In this document: positions 63,530-64,000 of the stretch, piece after piece
How the letters are laid out: the number at the start of each line of letters is the position of its first letter
Numbering within the stretch: the stretch's first letter is position 1
Assembly (NCBI GenBank): GCA_051530055.1
Contig: CM121343.1
Span: forward strand, 7,318,044 to 7,382,043
Source: Neoechinorhynchus agilis
Lineage: Eukaryota > Animalia > Acanthocephala
DNA length: 64,000 nucleotides
Direction: 5' to 3'
Notes under the pieces: generated by a model
What the model saw: only the letters and a program-made list of their open reading frames with translations
The model's database searches: none
What the model was told of the DNA's origin: nothing
Position numbers and translations under genes: made by a program

Positions 63530-64000
63530 AGTGCTATGCTTCTTTTTTTAATCGTAAGGAACCAATCCTCGTGGTCTCAGTGTTTCTTTAAACTTTTCAA
63601 AGGCGTTCTGGTGTTCCTGGTTCCATTGCCAATTTTTACCTTTCTGTGTCAATTTTCAAAGCGCGTTGCAAAATCGATGAAATTCGGCGCAGAATCGTGC
63701 ATGAAAATTAGCTAGGCCCTAGAATGCTCTCAGGTCTTTTGCATTCTTCGGTTCAGAAGCCTCTGTCAGCTCCATTGCTCTATCTTCCGAAGGTTTTATC
63801 TGCCGTTGTTTGATGATATGACCAAGATATTGCACTTCATCCCTTGAAAACTGACATTTTTCTTCTTTTACTTTAATTCCTGCTTTGTTCGGCTTTCCGA
63901 TAGCCTTCCAAAGTCGCTCTATGTGTTCTTCTTCCGACCTTACCGAGATTATGATATCGTCCAAAGAAGCTCCTACCCCATCTATTCCTTGCAGCATCTC
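63530..64000 (-). mobile_element. Second copy of the gypsy RT segment (matches ~56465-56940), running off the window
   Basis: Near-identical peptide MLQGIDGVGASLDDIIISVRSEEEHIERL...KDLRAF. Confidence 0.9.

Overview
Repeat-rich eukaryotic (animal-like) genomic DNA, not prokaryotic: it has short canonical GT-AG introns (~40-55 nt) in a GGT gene and a zinc-finger gene. Recognisable genes are MRPS17, a multi-exon ZAD-like/C2H2 zinc-finger gene, PFDN4, a gamma-glutamyltranspeptidase, a TAF6-like HEAT protein, a GLD-2/TENT2-type nucleotidyltransferase and CCT2. Two long ORFs are unassigned. They sit among decayed non-LTR elements (an L2/CR1-group family in at least 7 pieces, a second APE-RT family, CRE-like and Penelope-like remnants), a decayed Ty3/gypsy element and several hairpin MITEs. 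Highlights: (1) two large satellite arrays (4.3 kb and 8.3 kb) that each grow out of the same point in the 3' UTR of one LINE family, with unexpanded and slightly expanded copies of that UTR also in the window; (2) a 122-nt TA-flanked insertion splitting CCT2 that GT-AG splicing cannot remove cleanly; (3) two inverted arrays of a 356-bp unit bracketing ~17 kb in a Foldback-like layout; (4) a gypsy element inside 250-bp inverted repeats with permuted LTR blocks, next to a three-armed perfect hairpin. All assignments were made by eye without database searches, and boundaries of decayed elements are approximate.
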